Shown in pieces: positions 1 through 11,100 of a DNA stretch of 20,389 nt (within the stretch, counting starts at the first letter, position 1; every line of letters starts with the position of its first letter). Below the pieces are notes generated by a model, which saw only the letters and a list, made by a program, of their open reading frames with translations, was not told where the DNA came from and did not search any database. The DNA is from Zygophlyctis sp. KS116 (lineage: Eukaryota > Fungi > Chytridiomycota): positions 1 through 20,389 of the forward strand of contig BAAFSQ010000179.1 in NCBI GenBank assembly GCA_054661495.1, in the 5' to 3' direction. The position numbers and the translations under genes were made by a program.

Positions 1-721
1 GATCTGACAATTCCATCTCTGACTGACAAATAGAAGATTCCTCATCTGAAGACTCATCAGATGACTCTGATGACTGTTTCTCTCCTGAAGATGATTCATA
101 ATCTTTTTCTCCTTTCAGATCTCCTTCCTGATCAACTTTTAAATCATCACCTGTAGCATTTATTTCCTGATCACTAGTCTGCATTGTACTAGTAGGATCA
201 TTTAAAAGATCTGTCTGTATTGTACTAGTAGGATCATTTAAAAGATCTGTCTGTGGTGCAATAGTAGAATCACTAGTCTGCATTGTACTAGTAGGATCAC
301 TAGTCTGCATTGTACTAGTAGGATCATTTAAAAGATCTGTCTGTGGTGCAATAGTAGAATCACTAGTCTGTGGTGCAATAGTAGAATCACTAGTCTGTAT
401 TGTACTAGTAGGATCATTTAAAAGATCTGTCTGTGATACAATAGTAGGAGCACTAGTCTGTGGTGCAATAGTAGGAGCACTAGTCTGTGGTGCAATAGTA
501 GGATCATTTAAATTTAGAAGATCTGTCTGATGATTACTTGCAGATTGCACATTGGGCGGTTCAGTCTGATCTTGAGTCGGACAAACCTCTAGCTCAACTG
601 ATGCATTGAGTGATGCACTGAGTGATGCATTGAGTGATGCATTGAGTACTGATTCCACTGCCAAGACAGATGACTCAGATTGGGAAGATTTAGAATGATC
701 TAAATTGTCTGATGAATTCAT
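1..721 (-). CDS. Partial (runs off window) protein with Thr/Ser/Gln/Asp tandem repeats followed by an acidic Ser-rich tract; function unknown
   Basis: ATG at 721-719 opens a stop-free frame to position 1: MNSSDNLDHSKSSQSESSVLAVESVLNASLNASLSASLNAS...(QTSDPTST/QTDLLNDPTST)n...SSESSDESSDEESSICQSEMELSD. Not in the ORF track because no stop lies in the window. Confidence 0.75.
   Translation of the reverse strand, partial: MNSSDNLDHSKSSQSESSVLAVESVLNASLNASLSASLNASVELEVCPTQDQTEPPNVQSASNHQTDLLNLNDPTIAPQTSAPTIAPQTSAPTIVSQTDLLNDPTSTIQTSDSTIAPQTSDSTIAPQTDLLNDPTSTMQTSDPTSTMQTSDSTIAPQTDLLNDPTSTIQTDLLNDPTSTMQTSDQEINATGDDLKVDQEGDLKGEKDYESSSGEKQSSESSDESSDEESSICQSEMELSD
168..530. repeat. Coding minisatellite of shuffled 21- and 27-bp units
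   Basis: Recurring GGATCATTTAAAAGATCTGTCTG, CACTAGTCTG, TTGTACTAGTA and TGGTGCAATAGTA modules; unit lengths are multiples of 3 and keep the minus-strand frame. Confidence 0.9.
600..647. repeat. 12-bp tandem repeat GATGCAYTGAGT x4 (NASL peptide repeat)
   Basis: gatgcattgagt gatgcactgagt gatgcattgagt gatgcattgagt. Confidence 0.9.
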
Positions 722-758
722 TTTTAAAAAAGAAAATTTTAGAATCTTGAACTTTATT

Positions 759-1016
759 TTAATTTTTAGCAACCAAATCTATACAAATTAAATCTATAAA
801 CTTACTTGGTGGAAGAGATTGTTTCAATTTTTCAGCCTTTGCAGCATCAGCAACGACCAAAGTGTAAAGGTATTTCGAGCAACGAACTTTAAACTTGTGT
901 CTCGGACCTGCTTTCATGACTTTAATAGCTAATTTTAATTTAATTTGTTTACATTTAGCATCCTTTCTTCTTGCAATTACCAGGAATTCCTTGATTTCTT
1001 GAATTTGTTTTGGCAT
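759..1016 (-). CDS. RPL38: 60S ribosomal protein L38 (eL38); introns 929-952 (24 nt) and 779-805 (27 nt)
   Basis: [21 protein letters not shown]|SIKV...[15 protein letters not shown]...[10 protein letters not shown]. Removing the first GT-AG intron restores the eL38 consensus DAKS[IV]K. Confidence 0.97.
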   Translation of the reverse strand: MPKQIQEIKEFLVIARRKDAKCKQIKLKLAIKVMKAGPRHKFKVRCSKYLYTLVVADAAKAEKLKQSLPPSKFIDLICIDLVAKN

Positions 1017-1136
1017 TTTTTCTAAACTAATGTAGGGTTTGAAGAATGTAGCCCTAGTATTATTGATGGAAAGTGGCGTATTCTGTTGGACGTAATCACT
1101 GCTAGGAAGATGAAAATTTAAAGGTCAAGGTCTACA
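1017..1136. promoter_or_regulatory. Probable bidirectional promoter RPL38/LYAR-like (120 bp)
   Basis: Spacer between divergent ATGs; TAGGGTTT (1033), AGCCCTA (1050), GTGGCG (1073). Confidence 0.6.
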
Positions 1137-1637
1137 ATGGTTTCGTTTGTCTGCGATGTTTGCCAAGAAACTCTCAAGAAACCAAAATTAGATAATCATA
1201 AATCTAGATGCCATCAGGCTATTTTTTCTTGCATTGACTGTTTCAAGACTTTTTCAGGAACAGATTATAGAAATCATACATCTTGCATTACTGAAGTAGA
1301 AAAATATCATAAAGGAAAAAACTCTAAATTGAATACTTTTTTGAATCCCAAGAGTGAATCATTCTTATCAACTGCCAATGTAGCTGCCACTGCAACTGCT
1401 AATGTAGCTGCCACTGCCAATGCAACTGTAGCTGCTACTGTTACCAAAGATCAAAAGGAGGACAAACAAAAGGAAAAAAAGGATCAAAGAGACATTCTCA
1501 TCAAGGCACTTAAAGATAAACCAAAAAGTTATCATAAAATTGCAAAGAAATTGGCTAAAAAGGGTAATGATTTGGGAAAAATACTCTCAAAAGCCAGCTT
1601 TTATATTCAAAATAATGAAATAAAACTTCAATTATAA
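1137..1637 (+). CDS. LYAR-type C2HC zinc-finger protein (YCR087C-A-like), intronless
   Basis: MVSFVCDVCQETLKKPKLDNHKSRC...FSCIDCFKTF...YRNHTSCITEVEKY; Ala/Thr repeat (ANVAAT) at about 1371-1440; Lys-rich tail. Confidence 0.92.
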   Translation: MVSFVCDVCQETLKKPKLDNHKSRCHQAIFSCIDCFKTFSGTDYRNHTSCITEVEKYHKGKNSKLNTFLNPKSESFLSTANVAATATANVAATANATVAATVTKDQKEDKQKEKKDQRDILIKALKDKPKSYHKIAKKLAKKGNDLGKILSKASFYIQNNEIKLQL

Positions 1638-2288
1638 TCAGGCATCCGAGTTTGATGAAATACAGTTCCTTTTTTAGTTTTCAAGTCTCCACCGCCCATC
1701 CAGTTTTCTTGATTAAGCGTTTCACCATCATAATTATCTACTATAATCATTGGAAGAGACGAAGAAGATGAAGATTCACATAATGAAGGTAAAGGATTTG
1801 TAAAAGTTAATACAATCCTAGAAGAATCAGTCATGAATTCTTCATCTTTACAAGGTTTATCAGAATTATCCAATTCTAAATGATCCATGTCTTGTAATAT
1901 TTGAGAATGACCTGCTCTTGATGGATGACATTCTTTACTTTGGATCCAATCAATCGGAGGAGAACCTATATTTTTAAAATAAATAAGTACCAGGAGGAGA
2001 AAGTAAAAAGTTCTTTTCAATTTCAGGTACTTTGAGATAATCAACTTGAGACTCCAGTTCTGTTTCTTGTCCAAAATAGACTGTATAATTTAGTAAATTG
2101 TCTTTTGCAGTAATCGCAGCAATCGTTGAAGAATACACAACTACAAATCTAGATAATGCCTTGAACGGTACTAGATACTTTAATTGTCCAAAAGAGCTTA
2201 GCTTTGCCTTGAACTCGGCAATACATTCAGGACTGAAATCATGAGCAGAAATATTTGTAATTAGAAGAGTATTGCTTGCAACCAACAT
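1628..2288 (-). CDS. RCAN: Calcipressin / regulator of calcineurin (RCAN/Rcn1); intron 1966-1990 (25 nt)
   Basis: ATG at 2288; RRM-like N-terminus, LxVP (YLKVP), spliced FLLSPPG|SPP signature, PxIxIT-like PMIIVD and C-terminal TxxP (TRMP). Confidence 0.93.
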
Positions 2289-2458
2289 TATAAACTCTCT
2301 CGACGCCACAAAAGATCAGCGACGGGCATCAAACGCCGATAAATGAATTTACAGAGAGTGGTTGACTCTTCGACTTGGCCACTTTGATCATCATTAATGC
2401 ATGGCTGAGATGGAAGGAGGCCAATGAGCTCTAAAGAGTTGAAAACCCTAACAAAATT
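2289..2458. promoter_or_regulatory. Probable bidirectional promoter RCAN/RPC37 (170 bp)
   Basis: CpG-rich relative to flanks; CGCCAC (2304), AAACCCTAA (2443). Confidence 0.55.
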
Positions 2459-4239
2459 ATGGAAATTCCAGTTTATTTCTCAGACGAATTCTCTAAATAT
2501 CTGCATCTGTTTCAGTTTCCTAATAAATCAAAAGATGCATCCATCCAAGGAGAATTGACTCAAAAGATGTTGGCAAAATCATTCAAAATGGATATGAAAT
2601 TAGATGATAAGAAGCATTTTTCTACCGATCAGGCAATGCATTTGTCTAGAGGATTGGAAGGTAGTATAGAGCAACTTTCCTTTGTCTCAAGGCCATTAGA
2701 CTTGTCATGCAAGTTTTTAATTGGAAGAATTAAGGAAGATGGGATGTATTTAAGTTTAATAGATCAGATCTCACAGTTTTATCCTTGTCTGGATCATTTG
2801 GATAAAGTAGACGATTTAAATAAGCTAAATTCTACTAAAATTCAAGATGCAATGGATACGGAAACTACGGTTGAAGATGCAAAGATTGTTCATTTATCAG
2901 TCAGGAATGATGAAAATTCAGAAACGGTTGCTAAAATGGAAAATCAGGAATTTTTAAGGAAATTAGAAGACGAAAAGTGGACTAGAGTAGAATGGGTAAA
3001 TTTATATTCATAATTCTTTAGAATCAAATCGAGGCTGAGGGGGTTTTAAATCAAATATTTTCTCCAATAGATAATGAATTACTGGTTAAAACAGAAAAAA
3101 AGGATTATTTAGATTTAGTTTCGCCTACATTTAGTGAAGTTCAAGTTTTGGAAAAAGTTAAACCAGGATTATCATTAAATCAATTGGCAAAACTTTCACT
3201 TAAAGATAGAATTACGGGAATACTCATGAATTCTCATATACTCTCATTAGAGCAATTAGATGATGTGCTAGATAGATCAGTTCCTATTACTGAACTATTA
3301 AATGTTTTACCATTGATAGCAGTATGTATTCGTGGGGTTTGGATACTAAATTCAGAAATTCTTTATATTGGGAGAGTTAAAGATGCTAGAAATTTTCTAT
3401 TATATCTTTTCCTTCAACATGAAACTGTTGACAGAAGTAAGTTTAATGAGGTTGCAAATCTACCTCTTCCAATGTCAAAAGGATTATTTTATGAAATTGC
3501 AATGCTCGAAAAAGATAAAAAATGGAGACTTAAAATAATGCCAGATCAGGATTTTATTAATGGAAATCAAACTCTGATTCAATCACAAGAAAAAAAAGTT
3601 AGGGAAAATGGATTAGCAGCGATAGAACTATTAGCTGCTAGACACATAAAAGTCAAAAAGGGTATTCCTGTTGTGTTTCTAATATTTAGAATCAGCCATT
3701 CCAATTATAACTCCAAATGCACAAAAACCAGCTTTAAATTCTGATAAAAACTTGGAAGATTTAATTTTTCAGGCACTTTCCAAGCATCAAGTGGGTAGCT
3801 TGAATTTCATATTAGAGTATTTGAATGAATTTAAAAGTAAAAAGGGTATTTCTATTATTCTAATCTAATCTAGGAAATCAGGAAATGTTTAAGAATTTTT
3901 CAAAGGATTTGGTTTCTCAAACTCTAGATCGACTATGTTTTTCCTTGCGTGGGATTTATATACTTAAAGAATTTGGACCGCCTAAACATTATGCTGTAAG
4001 CCAGTATTTTGTCAACTTATTTTAGGTGAGATTAAAAGTAGTGGATTGTTTCAGACGAAAGAAAACAGTATCTATTGGAAATGTGAGAACCAAAATTAAA
4101 GGAATTTCTATTGTTGAACCTACAAAGGAAGAGTTAGTTGCGATACTTGATACATTTGCGACGGTTGATAGTGACGAAAATTGGGTATAAGTTTTATTAA
4201 AATTAATTATAGACTATTCGTGAAGTTCCGCTTGAATAA
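2459..4239 (+). CDS. RPC37: RNA polymerase III subunit RPC5/C37 (Sin-like); introns 2996-3021, 3662-3689, 3846-3873, 3996-4025, 4185-4212
   Basis: N-terminus EIPVYFS...LHLFQFP matches the Sin/RPC5 motif; AVCIRGVWILNS and ARNFLLYLF blocks; five 26-30 nt GT-AG introns join one frame ending ...WTIREVPLE*. Confidence 0.85.
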
Positions 4240-4278
4240 ATAGTGGTTTTACAATGAAATAAAAAGATATTGTTGCAT

Positions 4279-6653
4279 TTAAAATTTGTCTTGAAAGTAT
4301 ATTTGAAAGATTGGTTCATTGGCTATGTTTGGATCATTTGCTACAAAATAATATGCGTGAATAATAAGATTAGGATATCTAGTTGTAAAATAGTTTAGAT
4401 ATTCATCTGGTATACTACCGACAAGTTTTTGTACATTTAATGGCAATTCGCAATAATGATGCCTCTAAAATTATTAAGAAAGAACTTGCCTTATTTCGAA
4501 TTACCCGCATCAAATCTTGAACGGTATCATCATATCTACGGTATTTTCCCAAAGTGGCTACAAATAGATCATCTAATTTTCCTATCCATTCATTTTTACC
4601 GATAACTTTAGATGCATTCATTTCAATCCTTTGAAGTAGTTCAGAGGGGGAGCCTTTGATTTCATTTTCTAGCCGATCACTAATATCTTGTAAAAAGTTG
4701 AGCTGTTTCATGGCACTCCAAAAAAAAGGGTGTATAAGAACTTCAGAAGTAGATGGCCTTTCATTGTTATTAATGGGTCACATTACCTACGCAAGGGATC
4801 ATTAGATATCATTCGCTTTATCAAATCCCGTGCGAGAACACCATTCTTCATTTGATCCAATTTATCTATTTGAATATTTCCTTTTATAATATTATGCTCA
4901 CGATTCAATTTTTTCCCAAAAGGATGCGATCCGTTCGTTAATATATAATAAATGATACAACCAGCAGCAAATGTATCGATAGATTTGGTTATTTTCAAAG
5001 TTGAATCATATTTTTCAGAAACGTTAAAAGCCATAGCAGCCGCAATGCATTCTGGAGCTCTCCAGCCTTGCGTCCCTGCAGCAGAAACGTTTGACATTTG
5101 AAACGATGATATTTCATCTTCCAATCTTTTTCCCAAACCAAAATCTGAAATCAAAAATCTCGGCTTTTTGGCAGTATTCATAAAATCTGCGATCAAAATA
5201 TTCTTGCGTGTTACACCTAGGCTAAAATAATTACCTGTGGTTTGATATCTCGATGGACTATATTAAGAATATGCAAGTGTTTAAGGCCTGACAATATTTG
5301 ATGGATAGCAGTTTGACGATCGATTGCATTCCAAATATAATTCAAATCATGGTTTAAATCAATCCTTTCTACAATATCATAGAGAGATGCAGGGCATAAT
5401 TCAAGAGCTAAATAAGTGAATTCATGACAATCTTCCTTGAAAAAATAACGAACCACATTTTGATGGGAATCAGACTCCTGTAATAATTTAACTTCAGATT
5501 CTGCCAAATTGTAAAATTCCTTTAGTAGACGCTTGACTGCAACTTGTCTCCCTTCAAAAAATCCAGAATATACAACTGTCCCATGACTTCCTACTCCAAG
5601 AACTTTATCTGAAACTTTTATAGAAACTGGTCCGGAGCCAAAGACCTCGCGTTTATCCTCCTGTAATCTGCTAAATCTACTATATAAAAAGACTAAAAGA
5701 ACAAACACCCCTAAAAATATAGTAATTGCAAGTGTCATATTAGATATCTGTAAAGGAATTGGATCTAAGCCATGCTTAATTAGTCCTTTTTCATACTGTA
5801 CTCCGACAACACAATCGGGAAATAGTGGCGAGCCTACCTGACAACTTGACAATACAAGATCATTACTTTTTTGAGGAAATTTTGTTTCTAATTCTCTTGA
5901 TACAGGCATTATATACAATGATCCATCAATTTCTCCAATAATCGTTCTTTCAGACTCTTTAATTGAAAATGATTTTATCAGTTGCCTATTACCATAATCA
6001 TCAATAACAGCATCAAAAGAAACCATTATTGGAGCAGTTAATTCTTTCAAGATGACTTCAAAATCTTCCACGGAATAATCTCGATTTTTAGTATTTACAA
6101 GTGCAGTATTTTGATTTTGATTAGAATTAGATGATAATACAGTCCCAAATTCCCCATAACTAATATTCCATCTTAAATTTGATGATTTTTTATCATAAAT
6201 TAACAGAGTATAAATTGTTCTACTTATATAAATGACATCATTACTCTCATTGATTTGTGAATCTAGATAGTCTTCCCCATAAATACTTAATAATCTTCCA
6301 GTCTGAGCCTCAATCTTTAAAAGACTTGAAACTTTTTTCCCTGTGAATCTTGAATTAGTAAAGAAATCTTACACATTTAAATCATCCACAAAAACAGAAT
6401 GATCGTTTATAATCTCTTTTAGAGGTATTTCAGTCTGACTTATTCCATCTTTAGAGTAATAATAAAGTCTTCCCATTCCAGATGCAACTTCAGGAATAAA
6501 GATCCCAGTTTCCTCTAAAAATGGATTACTAAATCCCTTTACATTGATCATTGTCCCTTTATAATCATCGATATCCCAAATCTTTTCTCCAGTATTTTTA
6601 TTAAATGCCGTTAGCCTGCCATCCAAAGTACTCACTACTAGTAAATGTTGCAT
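4279..6653 (-). CDS. IRE1: IRE1 kinase/endoribonuclease (~754 aa); introns 6349-6372, 5203-5234, 4758-4786 and GC-AG intron 4465-4489
   Basis: Luminal motifs LLVVSTLDG, FTGKK, IYISRT, RWNISYG; TM helix at about 5680-5740; LGVGSHGTVVY, VAVKRLL, HRDIKPQ|NIL, ISDFGL, GWRAPE; KEN/RNase IRNK|RHHY. Confidence 0.96.
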
Positions 6654-6657
6654 ACAG

Positions 6658-7123
6658 TTAAATTTTATTTTGAGCTCTTAAAAATCCCACTTGTTTGTAT
6701 CTATAAAATAAACAAATAACAATACTTATTCTTGTAAAATGATAGCCAATGATCCAAAGATTCTACTTCCTCTGCCGTTAATTCTACCGAGTCATTTAAA
6801 GCGAGCATAGACTCATCCGTATCATTCTTTGCCATTCCTCTTGACGCATCCTTCCCAGCAAACACTCCGTATGCACCATCCGGTCCATAAAAATGCCTTG
6901 ATGGGGTAACATCAAATACCATTCCCTTGATCGCAACATAAATATCATTCTTCAGAATCCCATTATACTCTGCCAATTGATCTAGAGTAAAATCTCGTAG
7001 TTCTACAACATCTAATCGTTAATTGACAGATCTACCGAAATGTTTTAAAGTTGGAACAGTATCATTCTTTCTCAATCTATAGAATAAAATAACTGCAATC
7101 AAGAGTAAAATCAAATTTAGCAT
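6658..7123 (-). CDS. MAPR family (Dap1/PGRMC-like) cytochrome-b5-like heme/steroid-binding protein; introns 7012-7035 and 6701-6725
   Basis: MLNLILLLIAVILFYRLRK anchor; RDFTLDQLAEYNG, IYVAIKGMVFDVT, FYGPDGAYGVFAGKDASR; spliced C-terminus KYKQVGFL. Confidence 0.93.
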
Positions 7124-7137
7124 CAAATGTTTTGTTT

Positions 7138-8051
7138 TTAATCGTCTTCCTTGTACCCATCATCCTTTTCTTCAAATGGTTCCAAGTCTTCTCCAAATTG
7201 AATTGCATGTTCAATACTTGAAAGAACATAATCTATAGAATCTTCTTCTTTGATGTTCAAAGGTAAAAATGACATGATTGAATATTCAGTAAATAAAGTC
7301 AAAAGAGATGCATTCAGTCGAGAGAATTGAGGATTTGGATTTGATTCTTGTTTTTCTAGAAATAATGAAGGATCCACATTTAAAAATCTTTCAATTCTAG
7401 CTTCCACTTTTGGAGAATCTGATTTTTCAACTAGATCCATTTTACTAAATACATTAACATGTGGTAATTCAAGTTGTATCATTGCAGACATTGCAGTTAA
7501 AGCTCCTGAAAAGAATTTAGTAGTATCTTGCATAAATTGAGAATCTAAAAGATAGACTATACATAGTCTATAACCAATTCTTTCTAGAGCATCAACTAAA
7601 TTTTTCATAATTGGATAATGTGTATATAATTCAATTTGTCCTAGAAATTTAAAAATAAAAAATGTTACCTGGACAGTCAATTAATAGATAATCATCATCA
7701 AAGTCTTGAAGTTGATCTTCAAGCCAATCCAAGTTTTCCAAGAGATATCTAAGTTTTTTTAAAAAACTAAAAGAAAATACTCTAGACAATAGACTAGTCC
7801 TCCATTCGGACCCAATTGTAATTCTTCCATAACATCAGCCAAAGAAATTAAATCTCTTATATCTAATTTTAGAGATTATATTTACCAATGGCAGGTTCAT
7901 ATTCAAAGTCTTCAGCGGCAGGATCTAGATTTACCCAATGCATGGCTGGAGCACCTTTTCTCCTAAGGGATGTAGAATGTTCAATCATGGTTTTACAGAA
8001 TGTAGACTTTCCACAGCCGGCAGGGCCAATGATCAATTGTCCAAATTTCAT
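7138..8051 (-). CDS. GPN3: GPN-loop GTPase 3; introns 7863-7885 (23 nt), 7749-7780, 7641-7668
   Basis: [12 protein letters not shown]-loop, [22 protein letters not shown]|[30 protein letters not shown]. Confidence 0.95.
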
Positions 8052-8109
8052 GGTTTCTACTTAGTTTGACAGGGTTTCAACCAACGGGAAAATTTAGCGC
8101 CGAACAAGA
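8052..8109. promoter_or_regulatory. 58-bp bidirectional promoter GPN3/importin-9
   Basis: Only non-coding DNA between divergent ATGs; CAGGGTTT (8070), ACGGGAAA, TTTAGCGCC (8093). Confidence 0.65.
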
Positions 8110-11100
8110 ATGACTTCAGAGACAATAAATGGAATTCTTTCACTTCTTCATGGAGCGCTGGATGCTAAAAAGGAAGCTCAACAAGCGCTTCATTCAAATT
8201 CTTTTGATACGGGTGAATTTATAGCTGCATTATTGAATTTAAGTCTGAATTCTCAACTTGGTGAAGCAGTTAGACAATTAGCGGCGCTGACATTAAGGAA
8301 TTATGTGGAATGGCATTGGTCTGCAAAGGGTGATAAATTTATTGGACCGGCCGAGGTTTCTGAACAAGTAATTATAGACAAAATTTAATACAAGACTAAA
8401 GTTTTGGTTCGATCGCAAATTACTAAAGGACTAAAAGACCCTTCTTCTAAGAGTAGAATTGCTATTGCGTATGTTATTTCAAAGATTGCGCATTTTGATT
8501 GGCCGGAAAGTTGGCCTACTCTTTTTGATGAATTAATGGATTGTTTAAATTCTCAACATTTAGATGCTGTACATGGGGCTAGTAGAGTATTAGTAGAGTT
8601 TATAAGGGAAGATGTGTCTGATGAACAAGTTCCAATTATTGCACCGGTTCTTTTTCCACAATTATTACGTATATTTAGTAGTGAGGTATGGTTTTAATAC
8701 TCTTAAGATAGGCTTATTCGGTGTCTATAAGATCAAGGACCTTGACGATATTTAGAGATTTTATAGAGATTTTATTTATGATAAAGGATGAGCATCCAGA
8801 AATTATTTACAATTATTTGGATCCAATATTTTCGAGTTGTATGGATGCGTTTCATTTGGAACTCAAGACTAGATTTACTCAAGAATCTCTACATTTGAGG
8901 CTAGAGCTAATGCGGGTATTTTTAAGTTGTATTAATGGAACGTTTAGACTTTGGTTAAACTTACAAGAGCGTTTCCAAAACAATCATTGCCGTATTTTGT
9001 TCCTTTTTTAGAACTAGTATGGAATGATTTGGTATTTTTATCAGATCTTTATGAGTCTGAAGTAGTATATGGGCATGAAATAGAAAATCCAAGTCTCGAT
9101 TCGGACGGAGAGTCTATTGGTGTTCAGAGTTTATTGTTTTCAGCTTTTGAATTTTTAGCAATAGCTGCTAGGAAAAAAGGTCTTCGATCTTTAATGACTC
9201 AAGGAAAAGGGACAGCTGGAGACTTTATGAAATCAATATCTGCTCTACTATTGAAATATTTACAAATTACTGGAGAAATGGTAAGGATTTGTTATTTGCA
9301 TATTAAGATGAATCCCGATTTAGTTTTAATAATTAAGGAAGATATATGGGTAGCTGATTTAAACCAATTCATCCAGGATGATGAAGAAGATGCGATACGG
9401 TTTAATGTACGAATTGCCGTAGAGGAATTGTTACAAGTATGTATTTTATCTAATAAGTTAGATACTTGTTGAAATTTATCCAGCAGAAGCTGTTCAGTCC
9501 ATTGTACAAGCTGTTCAATCTGTTTTTCATAAATCCACGATTCAATTTAATTCTAAAAACGCAGCTTGGTATTTTTCTATTTTTTTTACAATAACAGGTG
9601 GAAACTTGACGAAGCTGCTCTTTTGGTTTTAGGGAGAATCAAGGAAGAACTTATGCCTTTTATCAGTCGTCAAGAGATAATTTTTGATCTGAAAGAGATA
9701 TTTGAACATATAATTTCAAGGGCAATCACACAGTCTGGTAATTTCATTTCTTTTTAAATTTGAAGATTATCCGTTTCTTCAAGGTAGGGCACTCTGGTTT
9801 GCTGCACAATACGCTGAAGTCCTGCCACCTGTTCTTATTCAGCAATTTTTAAGTGGATCGGTGGAAGCTTTAAAGTCATCTACTCCTTCACCAATCGTTC
9901 ATGTTTTTGCCTTAAAAGCAATTGTAACTTTCTGTAGTGCTCTTCAAAAAGAAGCCTTGGTTCCATTCCAGAAGGGATGGCTTGAAAGTTTATCAGCTTG
10001 GGCTCCACATGTTGCAGATGAGGCATTGATACTTCTTTTGGAAGCATTACATTCAGTTATTAAAGTATCATTCCATAAATTAATTTTAAAAGATTGATGT
10101 ATGTGTCACGGCTGAATTTGAAGCAGTCATCACTCCTTTACTAGTTACAATATGGTCTAGAGGCTGCAACGGTAATTTTGATATTTTGATGCGATAGACG
10201 TATTTATCATGGAAATCATGACTGAATTGTTTACTGAACTGGCATCAAATCGTGTATCAATTCGTTCTTTTGAGCAAAAAATGATCCCGATTTTTATTGG
10301 AGTCATGAATCATGACCAACTCGCTCAAAATCCGGGCGTAATTTCTGTAAAATTTTTGAACTTACTTAGAAACAGACTGCATTAGATTTACTTTCAGTAC
10401 TTATAAAAAATACTCCAAAACCTGTTGACCCAGTATATACAGAAGAAATATTCTCAAAGATGCTTAGCATATTACTGGTAACTGATGACAGTGCCATTTT
10501 GCAGGTATCTATAAGAACCCTATTTTAATCTTAGAATGGACAGGAAACTTTAAAGTACATGGTAAACAGAGATATTGAGAACATACTAAAATGGAGTGGG
10601 GGCGATGGTAACGGCCTTGATTATATTGTCAAGTTTATTGCAAAATTACTTGAACCTTCTCAGCCAGAATCATCCGCAATATTTGTTGGTGATTTAATCG
10701 TGCAGATGGTTCGTCGAGCGGATAACCACATGGTGCCTGTACTACCGCAATTACTTACTGCAATTATTCATAGACTTTCCAGTGCTAAAATGCCATCTTT
10801 TATCCAGGTAGACTATATAAACACTAAAATCTCAGACATTGGTGATAGTTTTTGCTCATTATATTCACACGCAATTAGATACAGTATTATCATTTTTGTC
10901 TAGCTTAAATATTGAAAACCAGGATGGTTTGACTGTACTTTTGAATATTTGGTGTGATAATCATGAATCATTTCACGGCTTCCATGCGATAAAAGTCAGG
11001 TACACAATCATTGTAATTTATAAAATAGCTCAACAGCTCTTGCTAAACTATACATGAGTCAAGATCCTCGATTATTAACAATTAAAGTCAAGGGAGAACT

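Noticed and set aside
168-530. CRISPR-like repeat array
   Set aside because: No unique spacers; frame-preserving coding repeats in a eukaryotic gene.
2351-2424. U6 snRNA-like words ACAGAGA, GCATGGC and AAGGA in U6 order
   Set aside because: No AGC triad, the ISL stem cannot form, and the intervening sequence is not a GT-AG intron; probably chance.
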